Origin: an uncultured virus (IMG/VR IMGVR_UViG_3300016464_000385)
Taxonomy: Duplodnaviria > Heunggongvirae > Uroviricota > Caudoviricetes
Length of the DNA: 64,000 nt
Virus record (IMG/VR): IMGVR_UViG_3300016464_000385
Direction: 5' to 3' (one strand)
The translations under genes and the position numbers were made by a program. This document shows, one piece after another, positions 9,072-18,602 of the stretch. The notes beneath the pieces are model-generated. The model was not told where the DNA came from. It was given only the letters and a program-made list of their open reading frames with translations, and made no database searches. Position 1 is the stretch's first letter, and each line of letters opens with the position of its first letter.

Positions 9072-9782
9072 TTAACCCTCTTTATTTACTAAAATTTCAC
9101 ACAAACTATCAACATTTTCCGGCAATATTTCATTATGAACAAAAGTTCTAATCATTGGAAAAATTGGTTCAATCGCTTTAGCACAAGCAATAGCGATTTC
9201 ACGATGTTCTTTTTGAGTTTCAATCCCGCTTCGTATAATTATATAGTGTATCCAAGAACGAATACTTCCTTTCATATACATCCTAGAAACAGTTAATCCT
9301 TCCGGAAGAACTGCTCTGGCTTGTTCCTTCGCTATACCATTTTCAATCGCCCAATTATATGCTTCTTTTGCTTTTTCTAGAAGTTCATATTGGATACAAT
9401 ACCAATTTTCGCCCAACCAAACATCATCTGAATCAATACTATTTTGTCTATTTTTAGGATCTTGTAATCTAGCTTCTCTAGTAACAAAACCTAAATCTTT
9501 AGTTGGGTCCGCATACCTTTGACTAAATTCTTGAAATACGAAACTACGATGTCTTAAAATTTGCCTAGCAATATCCCTGGTAGTTTCTATTTCTAGAGTA
9601 GCATCTACCATTTCTAGAGGGGACCAATGCTTATGCTTAATAAGATAAGAAACGAGTTTTTCTGCAGTCTCGTTATTATTTTGATTTGATGGATTAGAAA
9701 CTCTAGCGACATACGCTATTTGTTCTAATAGATTCTTTTCTCCATCAACATCCTGACTAAAACTTTTCAGGGTAACTTTCAT
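9072..9782 (-). CDS. thyX: Flavin-dependent thymidylate synthase
   Basis: HWSPLE, QILRHRSF.FQEFSQRY, AKEQAR.VLP, TQ.EHR. Confidence 0.95.
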   Translation of the reverse strand: MKVTLKSFSQDVDGEKNLLEQIAYVARVSNPSNQNNNETAEKLVSYLIKHKHWSPLEMVDATLEIETTRDIARQILRHRSFVFQEFSQRYADPTKDLGFVTREARLQDPKNRQNSIDSDDVWLGENWYCIQYELLEKAKEAYNWAIENGIAKEQARAVLPEGLTVSRMYMKGSIRSWIHYIIIRSGIETQKEHREIAIACAKAIEPIFPMIRTFVHNEILPENVDSLCEILVNKEG

Positions 9783-9791
9783 TCACTTCTC

Positions 9792-10802
9792 CTAACATTT
9801 CTTCCAATTATTAAATTCAACGGATGCCCTTAATCCATTATATGTATTATTATCTATAATACGTCTAATTTCCGGCTTAGACATACCGTTTAATATAGCC
9901 TCATTAATATCTTTCCCTTTAAAAGAATTAGGAAAAAGGCAAACAGTAAATCCATTATCTATAGATTTTTTGATTTGTTTTACTATCTGAGGGTTTCTTG
10001 GTTCATTATCATAAACTAACACAAGATTAGTTTTCCCTAAAAATTCCGCAGAAGCTAAATTTGAATCTGCTGTAGCTACAGCATTTTCCAAAAATAAAGA
10101 ATCTATCGGTCCCTCGGTAACAAATATCTTTTCATTTTTATTTAGCTTATCCAGGCCAAATATTTTAGTAGCATCCTCGATCAATTTTACTGTAATATAT
10201 CTCAATTTACTATCTTTTAACGTTCTTCCTTGAAATGCTACTAGATTTCCATCGACATCATTAAACGGAATAATTAATCTTGGATCATTATCTACTAATT
10301 CTTTATCATAATCAGGTTTTATTTCTAAAACGAATTTCTTAAAATCTTCCGCATAAAAAAGGTCTTTAAATCGACCTTTGGGTATTTTTCTTTCAAGAAC
10401 ATATTTCTTGGCTATATTATCATCTTCAAGCTCTTTAATAGAAGGAAGATTTATTTCCTTCTTTTTAAACTTTGGAGTTTTAAATTCCAATTTTGGTTTT
10501 TTGTAATTATGGTTTTTATCTTCTCCTTCTCTGAATCTTTCCATCGCATATTCTTTTGCTAAAGAAGAGTCCAGGCGATCCAAAAAATTGTAGAAAGTAG
10601 TACCGCATCCCTCATCATTAAAACATTTATAAAAAAGATCATTTTTCTTCCTGTATACGAATCCCCTTTTACGGGATTTTTTCTTTTGAGAATCGCCGCA
10701 AAAAGGGCAGCGAAAGTTGTAAAGTTCTTGGTTCTTTTGAGTAAAACCCTCAAGCCGACAAGAAACGATTTTTAGATATTTGAGATCAATATAAAAGCTC
10801 AT
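9792..10802 (-). CDS. 61: DNA primase (T4 gp61-like)
   Basis: RCPFCGDS Zn finger, FQGR, TOPRIM EGPIDS, DNEPRN, KDINE. Confidence 0.93.
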   Translation of the reverse strand: MSFYIDLKYLKIVSCRLEGFTQKNQELYNFRCPFCGDSQKKKSRKRGFVYRKKNDLFYKCFNDEGCGTTFYNFLDRLDSSLAKEYAMERFREGEDKNHNYKKPKLEFKTPKFKKKEINLPSIKELEDDNIAKKYVLERKIPKGRFKDLFYAEDFKKFVLEIKPDYDKELVDNDPRLIIPFNDVDGNLVAFQGRTLKDSKLRYITVKLIEDATKIFGLDKLNKNEKIFVTEGPIDSLFLENAVATADSNLASAEFLGKTNLVLVYDNEPRNPQIVKQIKKSIDNGFTVCLFPNSFKGKDINEAILNGMSKPEIRRIIDNNTYNGLRASVEFNNWKKC

Positions 10803-10834
10803 ACTAAATTTTTACTTGGATAAAACGAAAGCGA

Positions 10835-10915
10835 ATTATACCCCTAAAATAAAAAAAGTCAAAATAAAAAGAATTTACTTGACTTTTTTGGAAAATAAAA
10901 TACAATAACTATGTA
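10835..10915. promoter_or_regulatory. Back-to-back sigma70-type promoters (minus toward primase; plus antisense to late genes)
   Basis: Minus: TTGACT(10862-10857)-16-TATAAT(10840-10835). Plus: TTGACT(10879-10884)-16-TACAAT(10901-10906) followed by AACTATGTA. Confidence 0.65.
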
Positions 10916-10926
10916 GTGGGTTGATG

Positions 10927-11460
10927 TTAATTCAACCGTTTAAATGCTCTGGTACATAGTTCTTCTATATTTACGCAATAAGAAACTCGTTTATCGAATG
11001 AAATTGTTATGGTTCTATCTATACCAAAAACTTTATTGATTTGTATTGGTAATGAATTTTCTTGATTACAAGGTTTGTTTTGATCACATATATTCAATTT
11101 AACTATTCCAAAAAAACCGTCTATAGTCTCGATATTAAATATCTTAAACTTTTTAGATACAGCTTGACTTCCATTTTGTTCTATTACTGTGAATAGACCT
11201 TCTACTTTTGATTCATCAATTGATATTATTAAATCTCCAATAGAAGAAGTCCAAGTACCTTCTATATAGTTCAATAATTTTTCGTTAGTATCTTCTTTGA
11301 GGATTTGTATTTGCTGTTCCCTATCCATTTTAGGGCTTATTTCTAATGGAGAGAATAGCTCTTGCCATATAAGTCCACCCAAACAGCCTATTATGATGCC
11401 TAACGAAAAAATCTTAGTTCTGCATCCAATATTTACAAACGGTTTATCTTTGGAAGTCAT
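10927..11460 (-). CDS. Membrane-anchored hypothetical protein
   Basis: Hydrophobic segment IFSLGIIIGCLGGLIW, then soluble domain with Cys pairs. Confidence 0.65.
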   Translation of the reverse strand: MTSKDKPFVNIGCRTKIFSLGIIIGCLGGLIWQELFSPLEISPKMDREQQIQILKEDTNEKLLNYIEGTWTSSIGDLIISIDESKVEGLFTVIEQNGSQAVSKKFKIFNIETIDGFFGIVKLNICDQNKPCNQENSLPIQINKVFGIDRTITISFDKRVSYCVNIEELCTRAFKRLN

Positions 11461-11879
11461 TTCTTATCGCCCTTGTTATATTCTTCTACGAATTTTTTTG
11501 CAATATCGTTTAAATTTTCTTGTGGATGTGTAGGTTCTTCCCTTGTGGGATTTAAAACAAGATTATTCCAAAGTAATCCTAAAAAGGCTGTCAGTACAAA
11601 TGCAACAAGACCCATAGTTAATTTCTTAACCAATCTTATTTCCGGGAATTCTAATTTAACTTCTTCTAAATCCTGTTCTATTTCTTTAACTCTAGATTCA
11701 AAAACAGCAGTATCTTTTTTATTCCTTAAATCGTCTTTTAAAATTTCTATTTTTCTATGAATTTCTTGGATAGCACTATCCATTTTATCGAAACGTTTTT
11801 CGTTTTCCGAAATTTTATTCTCTAAAATAGAAATCCTTAACCAAATATCGTTTTGATCTGGTCTTATTCTTTCTGACAT
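11457..11879 (-). CDS. Coiled-coil protein with one TM helix (holin-like candidate)
   Basis: Heptad-rich N-terminus, LTMGLVAFVLTAFLGLLW TM; next to endolysin. Confidence 0.6.
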   Translation of the reverse strand: MSERIRPDQNDIWLRISILENKISENEKRFDKMDSAIQEIHRKIEILKDDLRNKKDTAVFESRVKEIEQDLEEVKLEFPEIRLVKKLTMGLVAFVLTAFLGLLWNNLVLNPTREEPTHPQENLNDIAKKFVEEYNKGDKK

Positions 11880-11990
11880 TAATATTTCCTTTTATTTTGA
11901 TTCAACTATTTGTTGATTGATTACAGTTGACTTCAAAAAGGGAAAATAGCGTATTCTATTCCTTTTATATTCCCTATTTTATAATATAAT

Positions 11991-11998
11991 TATTTATA
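11991..11998 (-). promoter_or_regulatory. T4-type late promoter TATAAATA
   Basis: TATTTATA on + overlapping endolysin stop. Confidence 0.55.
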
Positions 11999-12755
11999 CT
12001 TTCAAAATATTCAGGGCTTTATTATATCTTACTTTTCTATCAGCCAAACCATTATCGCCGCCATTAATTTTCTTAGTCATCATAACGATATTATTTTTAT
12101 CACACCATTGATTTATATCGTTTACTTGCCAATACCAACAAGCTGATAATACACATACTCTTTTATTAACTTCAACTAGATCTGGATCTTTTAATAAACT
12201 TAAATCATTAAAAATGAATTTAGAGAAATTTGTATAATTAGTTTTTCCAGTTAATTGTATTAATCCTCTTCCTCTGAAATTCCAACCATCATTAGTTTCT
12301 GGAGATCCATTACCCATTCTATCAGAATATATTTTATTGGCGATTAATTGAGGTTTTCTATGAAAACTTTTTGCGGAAGCTAAAGTTGGGAATCTTCTGG
12401 GGAAAGTTTTATGTAATCCTTGAGCAGAATAGTTTAAATTTTCTACTGTAGTGGTATAATCCATACTTTCATGACCAGTTTGAGCTAAGAATCCAGCAAC
12501 TCTTTCTGGTGTGTTTATATTATAAAGAGGAAGAACGTCATACAAAACGTCATACCATTCTTTTGAATCTTTATTGATTATAATCTTTTTAAATTTATCG
12601 TAAGTGAACTCGAAAGTAAACGGATTTACTGGTTCTTCAACTACAATTAATTCTTCCTTAACTGGAGAATCGTTTTTTATTTTTTCTATTGGTATTGAAG
12701 AACTTAATGGTTCTGGTCTATTAAATACATCAAATAATTTTTTAAAAAAACTCAT
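11994..12755 (-). CDS. Glycoside hydrolase family 19 endolysin
   Basis: AGFLAQTGHES, ENLNYS, IANKIY..RMGN, FRGRGLIQLTG..NY, TK.INGG.NGL.DR. Confidence 0.92.
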   Translation of the reverse strand: MSFFKKLFDVFNRPEPLSSSIPIEKIKNDSPVKEELIVVEEPVNPFTFEFTYDKFKKIIINKDSKEWYDVLYDVLPLYNINTPERVAGFLAQTGHESMDYTTTVENLNYSAQGLHKTFPRRFPTLASAKSFHRKPQLIANKIYSDRMGNGSPETNDGWNFRGRGLIQLTGKTNYTNFSKFIFNDLSLLKDPDLVEVNKRVCVLSACWYWQVNDINQWCDKNNIVMMTKKINGGDNGLADRKVRYNKALNILKV

Positions 12756-12782
12756 AAAATTCCCTATAAAATATTGTACGTT

Positions 12783-14063
12783 TTATTTAACTTCTAACCA
12801 ACTCATACTGGCTCTAGCTTGGACATCCACGTTAGAAATTCTATATCCAAGTATTGCGAAAATTTGACTATTGTTTGAATGATAATTTTGGTAAATTGCG
12901 CTTGTTCTATTTTCTGTTAAATTTAATTCTACTGTTCCTGTTTTATTAGCAGCTCCTCCGGTCGCAAATCCGTCATATAAAACGGAAAAATTATTTGCAG
13001 CCATCCAATTTTCGGCCATAGTAAAATTCTTTATATATTCACACCAGCCATAACCAGGAACAGAAGTCCAAACTGTATTGGAATTATTTGCCAATAGCGT
13101 ATTGTTCGGAAGTATTACAATTTTAAATTGTGTGTCGTTATCTACAACCATACTATAATTTTTTAATCTAGCAAAAGATCTATTCGGTTTATTTGATAAA
13201 GAATTTTTTAATCGAACAGCTATTATACCAGCCCCTAAGATTGAATTACCAGCGGTTATTGTAGTATGTGTACCATCAGTACTGATAGATCTCAAAAATC
13301 CGGTTTCATAATCAGAACCTTCACAATATACCGCGCCACAAATTATTTTCATTGAAGAATTACTTGCAGTAGTCCCTGAATTATTAATTTCCCACCTACA
13401 GGGCAAACTCGGTTGATACATATAAACTTCATTGACTTCATTTACATGATCGAATTGATGAACGTAAATAATTTCTCCGTCTTGTATAAACCCTATTCTA
13501 ACTTTACCTAGACCTAGCCATTGATAATCCATAATCAATATTTGGCCTTTAGACCAATCTGCTAATTTTCCACTTTGATTGAATTCGTTCATTGAACCAT
13601 CCAATCTATCCTTATTCCAATTACTTTGACTAACTATTTCAGCGTCAACCCCGCCTTTTCTTATTACTACTTCAGCAACAAGTCCATTAAGCCTGAAAAT
13701 TATTCCATTATCATCATCAAATAAACCAACCGATTGTACTAGATTAGTTTTAGCTTGATCAAATACAAACGTTATCATTCCTATATTAGAAGTCCCTGGT
13801 ATATATGGATGATATTGTTTTGTTTGCCTTACTACTCTATCTCCGGAAGCCGTTCCTGTATTAGCTAAAAATTCGTTTCTAGGAAGATCTGCGGTTAATG
13901 TACCATTACCGACGATTAGATCGTTCATTTCAGTCTCTGCGGCAGAACCGTACATATATCTATATTCGCCTAGAATTCTGGTTTGCGAAGTTCTTAACCT
14001 GCCGAACGCGGATAAATCTGGGCTGTCATCGTATCTAATTTTATCGTCGAATATAAAAGTCAT
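12783..14063 (-). CDS. Putative virion structural protein
   Basis: AFGRLRTS and DYQWLGLG.VR.GF motifs seen in T4-like virion proteins; in late block. Confidence 0.6.
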   Translation of the reverse strand: MTFIFDDKIRYDDSPDLSAFGRLRTSQTRILGEYRYMYGSAAETEMNDLIVGNGTLTADLPRNEFLANTGTASGDRVVRQTKQYHPYIPGTSNIGMITFVFDQAKTNLVQSVGLFDDDNGIIFRLNGLVAEVVIRKGGVDAEIVSQSNWNKDRLDGSMNEFNQSGKLADWSKGQILIMDYQWLGLGKVRIGFIQDGEIIYVHQFDHVNEVNEVYMYQPSLPCRWEINNSGTTASNSSMKIICGAVYCEGSDYETGFLRSISTDGTHTTITAGNSILGAGIIAVRLKNSLSNKPNRSFARLKNYSMVVDNDTQFKIVILPNNTLLANNSNTVWTSVPGYGWCEYIKNFTMAENWMAANNFSVLYDGFATGGAANKTGTVELNLTENRTSAIYQNYHSNNSQIFAILGYRISNVDVQARASMSWLEVK

Positions 14064-14900
14064 TTAAATTATCCACCATGAATTATTGTAATATATTAAT
14101 TGAAGAGCTGCATAATTTACTCTTATTTCTGCTCCATTAGGATCTCCATCTATAGTTCCGTTTATTCTAATTGGAGTTAATTGAGCATGTCCAGATATAT
14201 CTTTGATTATTACTTTTCTTTCGTCATATGCCGGAGGTAAATTTATATAAGTTTTTACAGAAGGATTAACTAATAAACAATAATCCTTTCTGTTCATAGT
14301 ATAATCGGTATTGACTGAAATTACAGGGGTATCTAAATCTAATATAGATCCAGATCCTCCCCCTGGCCCAGCCATAGATATCTTACTGATCCACTCCTCT
14401 AAAAACTTCATTTTAGTTTGTAGGGATTTTACTGTAGGGTCTGTTTTGGTTACTTCCGGATTTGAAAATAAATTAGTATAATCTTCTGGGATAGGTTCCT
14501 TGGATTTTAATTCTTCTTCTTTAGAAATAGATTTAACTGCAGCTGAAATTAAATCTGGTGTTATTACTGTAGGTTCTTCTGTAATAATTTGTTGAGGTTT
14601 TTGTTCTTCTGTTTCATAAAAATCAAAAACGTTTTCATGAATTATTTCTGAAGATTCAAAAGGTTCTGTATTTTCTGATAAGGCTGAAAAGAATGAAGAT
14701 AAATCAGCTTTTGGTTTTGTTTCAACTAATTTACGAGATTCAGATAAGTTTTTTTTGAATTTTAAAATTTTATTATTTTCTATTTCAGAATCCATTTCCT
14801 CTGAAATTGATTTAAATAAAGATAAAGGGCTAGATTCTAATTCTAACCCTTCTTTTTTTCTTTTTAATCTTTCTTTAAAATCTTCGCTTAGATCATTCAT
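14064..14900 (-). CDS. Hypothetical late protein with C-terminal fibre-like domain
   Basis: Acidic N-terminus, GPGGGSG linker, then INLP..IIKD..G..I.I.GTIDG domain. Confidence 0.6.
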   Translation of the reverse strand: MNDLSEDFKERLKRKKEGLELESSPLSLFKSISEEMDSEIENNKILKFKKNLSESRKLVETKPKADLSSFFSALSENTEPFESSEIIHENVFDFYETEEQKPQQIITEEPTVITPDLISAAVKSISKEEELKSKEPIPEDYTNLFSNPEVTKTDPTVKSLQTKMKFLEEWISKISMAGPGGGSGSILDLDTPVISVNTDYTMNRKDYCLLVNPSVKTYINLPPAYDERKVIIKDISGHAQLTPIRINGTIDGDPNGAEIRVNYAALQLIYYNNSWWII

Positions 14901-14907
14901 CTATTAT

Positions 14908-15327
14908 TTATTTTAATTCTCTTAGTTTATACGCAGTAGAATTACATAGAGAAAGAATAGAATCAATATCATTTTGGATTTCTGAATTTTCTGCAATCAA
15001 TCCTCTATTAGAATCTATCCATTTAGTCAAATTACCAACGATAGTTAGACCATCTGTAGAAGCTTCTCTTACATTAGGGAAAGCTTCAAACTTACCATAC
15101 CTTCCAATGATTCCTTCAGCAACTGCATCAGCTAATCCAATAATTTCATCATAGAAAGTATTTAGAGCCATATGTTGTGCAAAACTAGGAGTCATTAGAT
15201 GAGCAAAATGTGCTGCAGTTGAAGCTGCTCTACAACGAGCAAATAATTCAGCCCCTTTAGCTCTGGCAATATTTGGGTCTACCATATCTTCTGATAGTTC
15301 TTCTTTTATTTCTTTAAACGTTATCAT
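14908..15327 (-). CDS. Ferritin/Dps-like four-helix protein (DUF5856-like) with capsid-targeting-like N-terminus
   Basis: H..H..T.SFAQH.AL..FYD....LAD...E, YKL..L; N-terminus MITFKEIKEELSE. Confidence 0.7.
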   Translation of the reverse strand: MITFKEIKEELSEDMVDPNIARAKGAELFARCRAASTAAHFAHLMTPSFAQHMALNTFYDEIIGLADAVAEGIIGRYGKFEAFPNVREASTDGLTIVGNLTKWIDSNRGLIAENSEIQNDIDSILSLCNSTAYKLRELK

Positions 15328-15337
15328 TGCATTCCTC

Positions 15338-15568
15338 TTAAATTTTTGGCGGATTTCTTCTAAAATTACTCATTACCGGAGATTTTGGAACGGATTTCTT
15401 TTTAAATTTAGGTTGATCTTTTGGAAGAACTCCTGGTTCAGCTTGAGACTTATCTCCACCGACAGCAACACCTATACCAGCAACTCCTCCTACTCCACTT
15501 CCAGCAAATCCTTCTTCTTTTATGGATTTAAATTCTTTTATTAATTTTCTTAATTTTTTTAGTTTCAT
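15338..15568 (-). CDS. Small late/internal head protein
   Basis: IKEE followed by Gly-rich and basic tail with EPGV. Confidence 0.55.
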   Translation of the reverse strand: MKLKKLRKLIKEFKSIKEEGFAGSGVGGVAGIGVAVGGDKSQAEPGVLPKDQPKFKKKSVPKSPVMSNFRRNPPKI

Positions 15569-15954
15569 ATTTCGTTTAAAACCTTTTCTATATAAGGATC
15601 TATTTCTATATCTTTTGATATAATATTTTTACCATTAATACCTCTGACTATTTCTGGCATATACCTTAAATAAATCAGAAAAGTTTTCAAAGAAGAATAA
15701 TCTTCCGGTTTCATTTTAAAAAATAATATTCTTGTACAAGCTTCAGTTTCAAATACATTATAAACCAAAATTATATGATTTAATATTAAACGTTCCTTAA
15801 GATCTTTCGATGATCTATATTTTTGAAGTAATCGTTTAGTATATTTAATTCTCTTTAAATCATGAAAAAATTCCTGTTCAATATAATGCGGCGAAATGTA
15901 ATATTTCGCCGCGAATATCAAAAAATTATCATCATTTAAATTATCAATCATCAA
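15565..15954 (-). CDS. Conserved T4-like phage hypothetical protein
   Basis: EF..DLKRIKY.KRL, ERLILNHII..YNVF, LKTFL.YL.YMP. Confidence 0.75.
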   Translation of the reverse strand: MMIDNLNDDNFLIFAAKYYISPHYIEQEFFHDLKRIKYTKRLLQKYRSSKDLKERLILNHIILVYNVFETEACTRILFFKMKPEDYSSLKTFLIYLRYMPEIVRGINGKNIISKDIEIDPYIEKVLNEI

Positions 15955-15957
15955 AAA

Positions 15958-16356
15958 TTACAGTTCAGAAACCTCAGCAGAAACGTCATATTTTCCATCT
16001 TTCAAACTATAATTGAAAGTGAATTTATGCTTTTCGTTCTTTTCCGTAAAAGGAGCAGTCACGTTAAAATGACTTTCTCCGGAACTTTTATACTGAGAAA
16101 TAGGAATAGAAACACTACCTTCCTTTTTATTCTTAAAATCTATTTCAGGAAGTTCAATTCCATACATAGTTAAAATCTTTTTCGCTGCATTCAATCCTTC
16201 TCCTGAATTGGAAAAATCTTTTGAAAGAGCAATAGATAGATTTTTATTTAATTCATTAACTGTATTTTCGTCATCTATATCTACTTGATTTTTGTCAATA
16301 GAAACAACAGGAACGTTGTAGCTTATCTCTGAAATAAATTCCCTAAATGTTTTCAT
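15958..16356 (-). CDS. Putative internal head protein
   Basis: N-terminus MKTFREFISE resembles the T4 IP capsid-targeting sequence. Confidence 0.6.
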   Translation of the reverse strand: MKTFREFISEISYNVPVVSIDKNQVDIDDENTVNELNKNLSIALSKDFSNSGEGLNAAKKILTMYGIELPEIDFKNKKEGSVSIPISQYKSSGESHFNVTAPFTEKNEKHKFTFNYSLKDGKYDVSAEVSEL

Positions 16357-16359
16357 TTA

Positions 16360-16872
16360 TTATAATCCAGTAAAATATGGTAATCCAGAGTTTGCATCGG
16401 TTACGGTTGGTTGTGATAGAGCAACTAGAGTTTCAGCTTGAACTCTACCCATTCTACCGCCTGGAGTTACTGTAAATACTAAAGTGTTGTTATTAGCGCC
16501 AGCTGCTGTGATAGTTGGTACAGAGCTAAATCCAGCTCCGCCATTATTTAATATAACAGTAACGTTATTTCCTGCGGCCCCTGTTACTAATATTTGAGCA
16601 TTAGCTGGAGAAGTGTTAGCTCCAACAATAGTAAGATAAGTATTTGTATACACTCTAGTAGGACTTACATTAGAAACTTGAATACTTTGAATAAATCCAG
16701 TTCCTTGGTTTATTTTAACCCAACCTTGATGAGCTACGGCTTTACCACCACCAAAACTTGCATTAGCTAATCTAGAAGAATTTACTAAATATACATTAGT
16801 ATTACCAGGATGGTTTGTATTTAAATATTTCGGAATATTATTTGCGTAATCTTTATTGCCCCATTGTGACAT
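16360..16872 (-). CDS. Putative virion structural protein
   Basis: MSQWG.KD, H.GWV, GGR.GRVQ.ETLVA; N/T/G-rich; late promoter upstream. Confidence 0.65.
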   Translation of the reverse strand: MSQWGNKDYANNIPKYLNTNHPGNTNVYLVNSSRLANASFGGGKAVAHQGWVKINQGTGFIQSIQVSNVSPTRVYTNTYLTIVGANTSPANAQILVTGAAGNNVTVILNNGGAGFSSVPTITAAGANNNTLVFTVTPGGRMGRVQAETLVALSQPTVTDANSGLPYFTGL

Positions 16873-16914
16873 ATCGGTTTTTCCTATAAAAAGTTAAAAG
16901 AAAGTATTATCATA

Positions 16915-16922
16915 TATTTATA
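16915..16922 (-). promoter_or_regulatory. T4-type late promoter TATAAATA
   Basis: TATTTATA on + in intergenic gap. Confidence 0.7.
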
Positions 16923-16933
16923 TATTATACATT

Positions 16934-17098
16934 TTATAGTTTTTGGGAATGGGTATTTGATACTGGAGACTCATCTTTTACATTATTTCTGGAATAAATT
17001 TCAACCTCATCAGCAGGTTCCCCCGTCATAGTTTTCCCTTTCATAATTTTAGATTTATCCAATATTTTTTGTACTTTTGGATTTATTTTATTTTCCAT
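16934..17098 (-). CDS. 54 aa late protein (not in ORF track)
   Basis: Manual translation MENKINPKVQKILDKSKIMKGKTMTGEPADEVEIYSRNNVKDESPVSNTHSQKL; AGGA SD. Confidence 0.6.
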   Translation of the reverse strand: MENKINPKVQKILDKSKIMKGKTMTGEPADEVEIYSRNNVKDESPVSNTHSQKL

Positions 17099-17104
17099 TT
17101 AATC

Positions 17105-17755
17105 CTACCTCGGTAAATCAATTACATTTCTATGCAATTTAAAACCATATTTAGAACTATATGGCCTTTTAGATCTAAGAGCAATCTGATTTGCTCCTAA
17201 TGCTTTTGTTGAATGTATTGTATGTTTAGATTTTCCTGCATACAAAGGACCGCTTGCTCCATAAGAAACTGTACCGCCTCTATTAATTATCTGAGTGGCT
17301 GCACTCTGTACTGCGGATCTTCTTTGAGCTAAACTTTTATATTTTCCTCTTGAACGACGAGGTGTTATTACAGTAGACCTTGGCCTAGCCAATTTTATTC
17401 TAGCTTCTTCTAGCTTATCAAGCGCAACTAAAAAACTAATTACCTCTTCTTCTGATATAATATCAGAATAAATATCTTCTGAATAAAATTCAGATATAAA
17501 ATGGTATTGATTGTTGGATATTATATTTTCCTTAACATTAGCTTCGTCAGCTATTCTTTTTATTTTTCTTAATGCTAAGAAATTTTTATATCTTTTTGTT
17601 GAGGACCATTTCCTCATTTGTTTTCTGGTTAATTTAGTATGATCGATTCCTAGAGAATCGACGAATCTTCTCAGCGGAGTATATCTTTGTTCTTCTTCTA
17701 TGTAATCATCTTCTATATAATTCAAAAGTAATTTTTCTTTCAAAGAATATGTCAT
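17105..17755 (-). CDS. Basic prohead-core/internal protein-like
   Basis: Acidic segments ending IEE/LEE followed by R/K-rich segments; likely start MTYSLKEK. Confidence 0.5.
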   Translation of the reverse strand: MTYSLKEKLLLNYIEDDYIEEEQRYTPLRRFVDSLGIDHTKLTRKQMRKWSSTKRYKNFLALRKIKRIADEANVKENIISNNQYHFISEFYSEDIYSDIISEEEVISFLVALDKLEEARIKLARPRSTVITPRRSRGKYKSLAQRRSAVQSAATQIINRGGTVSYGASGPLYAGKSKHTIHSTKALGANQIALRSKRPYSSKYGFKLHRNVIDLPR

Positions 17756-18570
17756 TTCTTTTTTCTCCAAGAACTTTTGGCTATTTTTTTTATTGTATTT
17801 ATGGATTTTATCTGATTCGGCGTAGGATATATTTCCGTAGGAACAGTAGATCTTGAGAAAGAACTAAATGAAGAATAATTAGGCTCGTATTCAACTCCTT
17901 CCGATCTAGTTATATCTCCGATTCCTCCTGTAGGAGTTGGAAACCCTGGATCTCTTACAGGATAATCTTGATAGCTTATATTATCAGCTGTCATTGGGCT
18001 TAATTTACCTTGACTATCGGCCATATTTTTCTTCAATTTACCTTTCGGAGAATGTTTTTTTATTAATTTTGTGGATAATTCCTCCGCTTCAAATAAATTA
18101 TAATCAAAATTAATAAAAAATTCGCAAAATATATCAATATCGACTAATCTGGAAGAGTTCACATCAGAATAATTGTTTTCGTAAATAATAAAATTATCAA
18201 AAAGGTTGTAAAATTTTTTGATATTAAATTTAGATTCTTTTAATTTTTTAATTCTAACCGATTCTGATATATTCTGTCTATTAGATAATCTTTCCTTACT
18301 GGTAGAATTATTAACATCTACAAAAATCATACAAGTTTTATAATTATTATTTTCAAATAATTTTTTTGCATATTCTATTGAATCAAAATCGTAAGCGTTT
18401 GTAGATATTACTATAGAAGAATTATTTAAATCATAACTTTTGCTACCCTCAAGAATAGGTATTATTTGTTCTAATTTAAATTCTACTAAATTAAATTTAT
18501 GTAGAGTATTTTTTAATAGAATATCTTTTCCTGATCCAGGACCACCTACTAAAAAAACGGCTTTATTCAT
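17752..18570 (-). CDS. P-loop kinase-like protein (zeta toxin/AAA_33-like)
   Basis: AVFLVGGPGSGKD Walker A; MIFV......S.ER..NR lid. Confidence 0.7.
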   Translation of the reverse strand: MNKAVFLVGGPGSGKDILLKNTLHKFNLVEFKLEQIIPILEGSKSYDLNNSSIVISTNAYDFDSIEYAKKLFENNNYKTCMIFVDVNNSTSKERLSNRQNISESVRIKKLKESKFNIKKFYNLFDNFIIYENNYSDVNSSRLVDIDIFCEFFINFDYNLFEAEELSTKLIKKHSPKGKLKKNMADSQGKLSPMTADNISYQDYPVRDPGFPTPTGGIGDITRSEGVEYEPNYSSFSSFSRSTVPTEIYPTPNQIKSINTIKKIAKSSWRKKK

Positions 18571-18602
18571 AATTGAGTTTTATTTACAGAGTTTATATGT
18601 AG

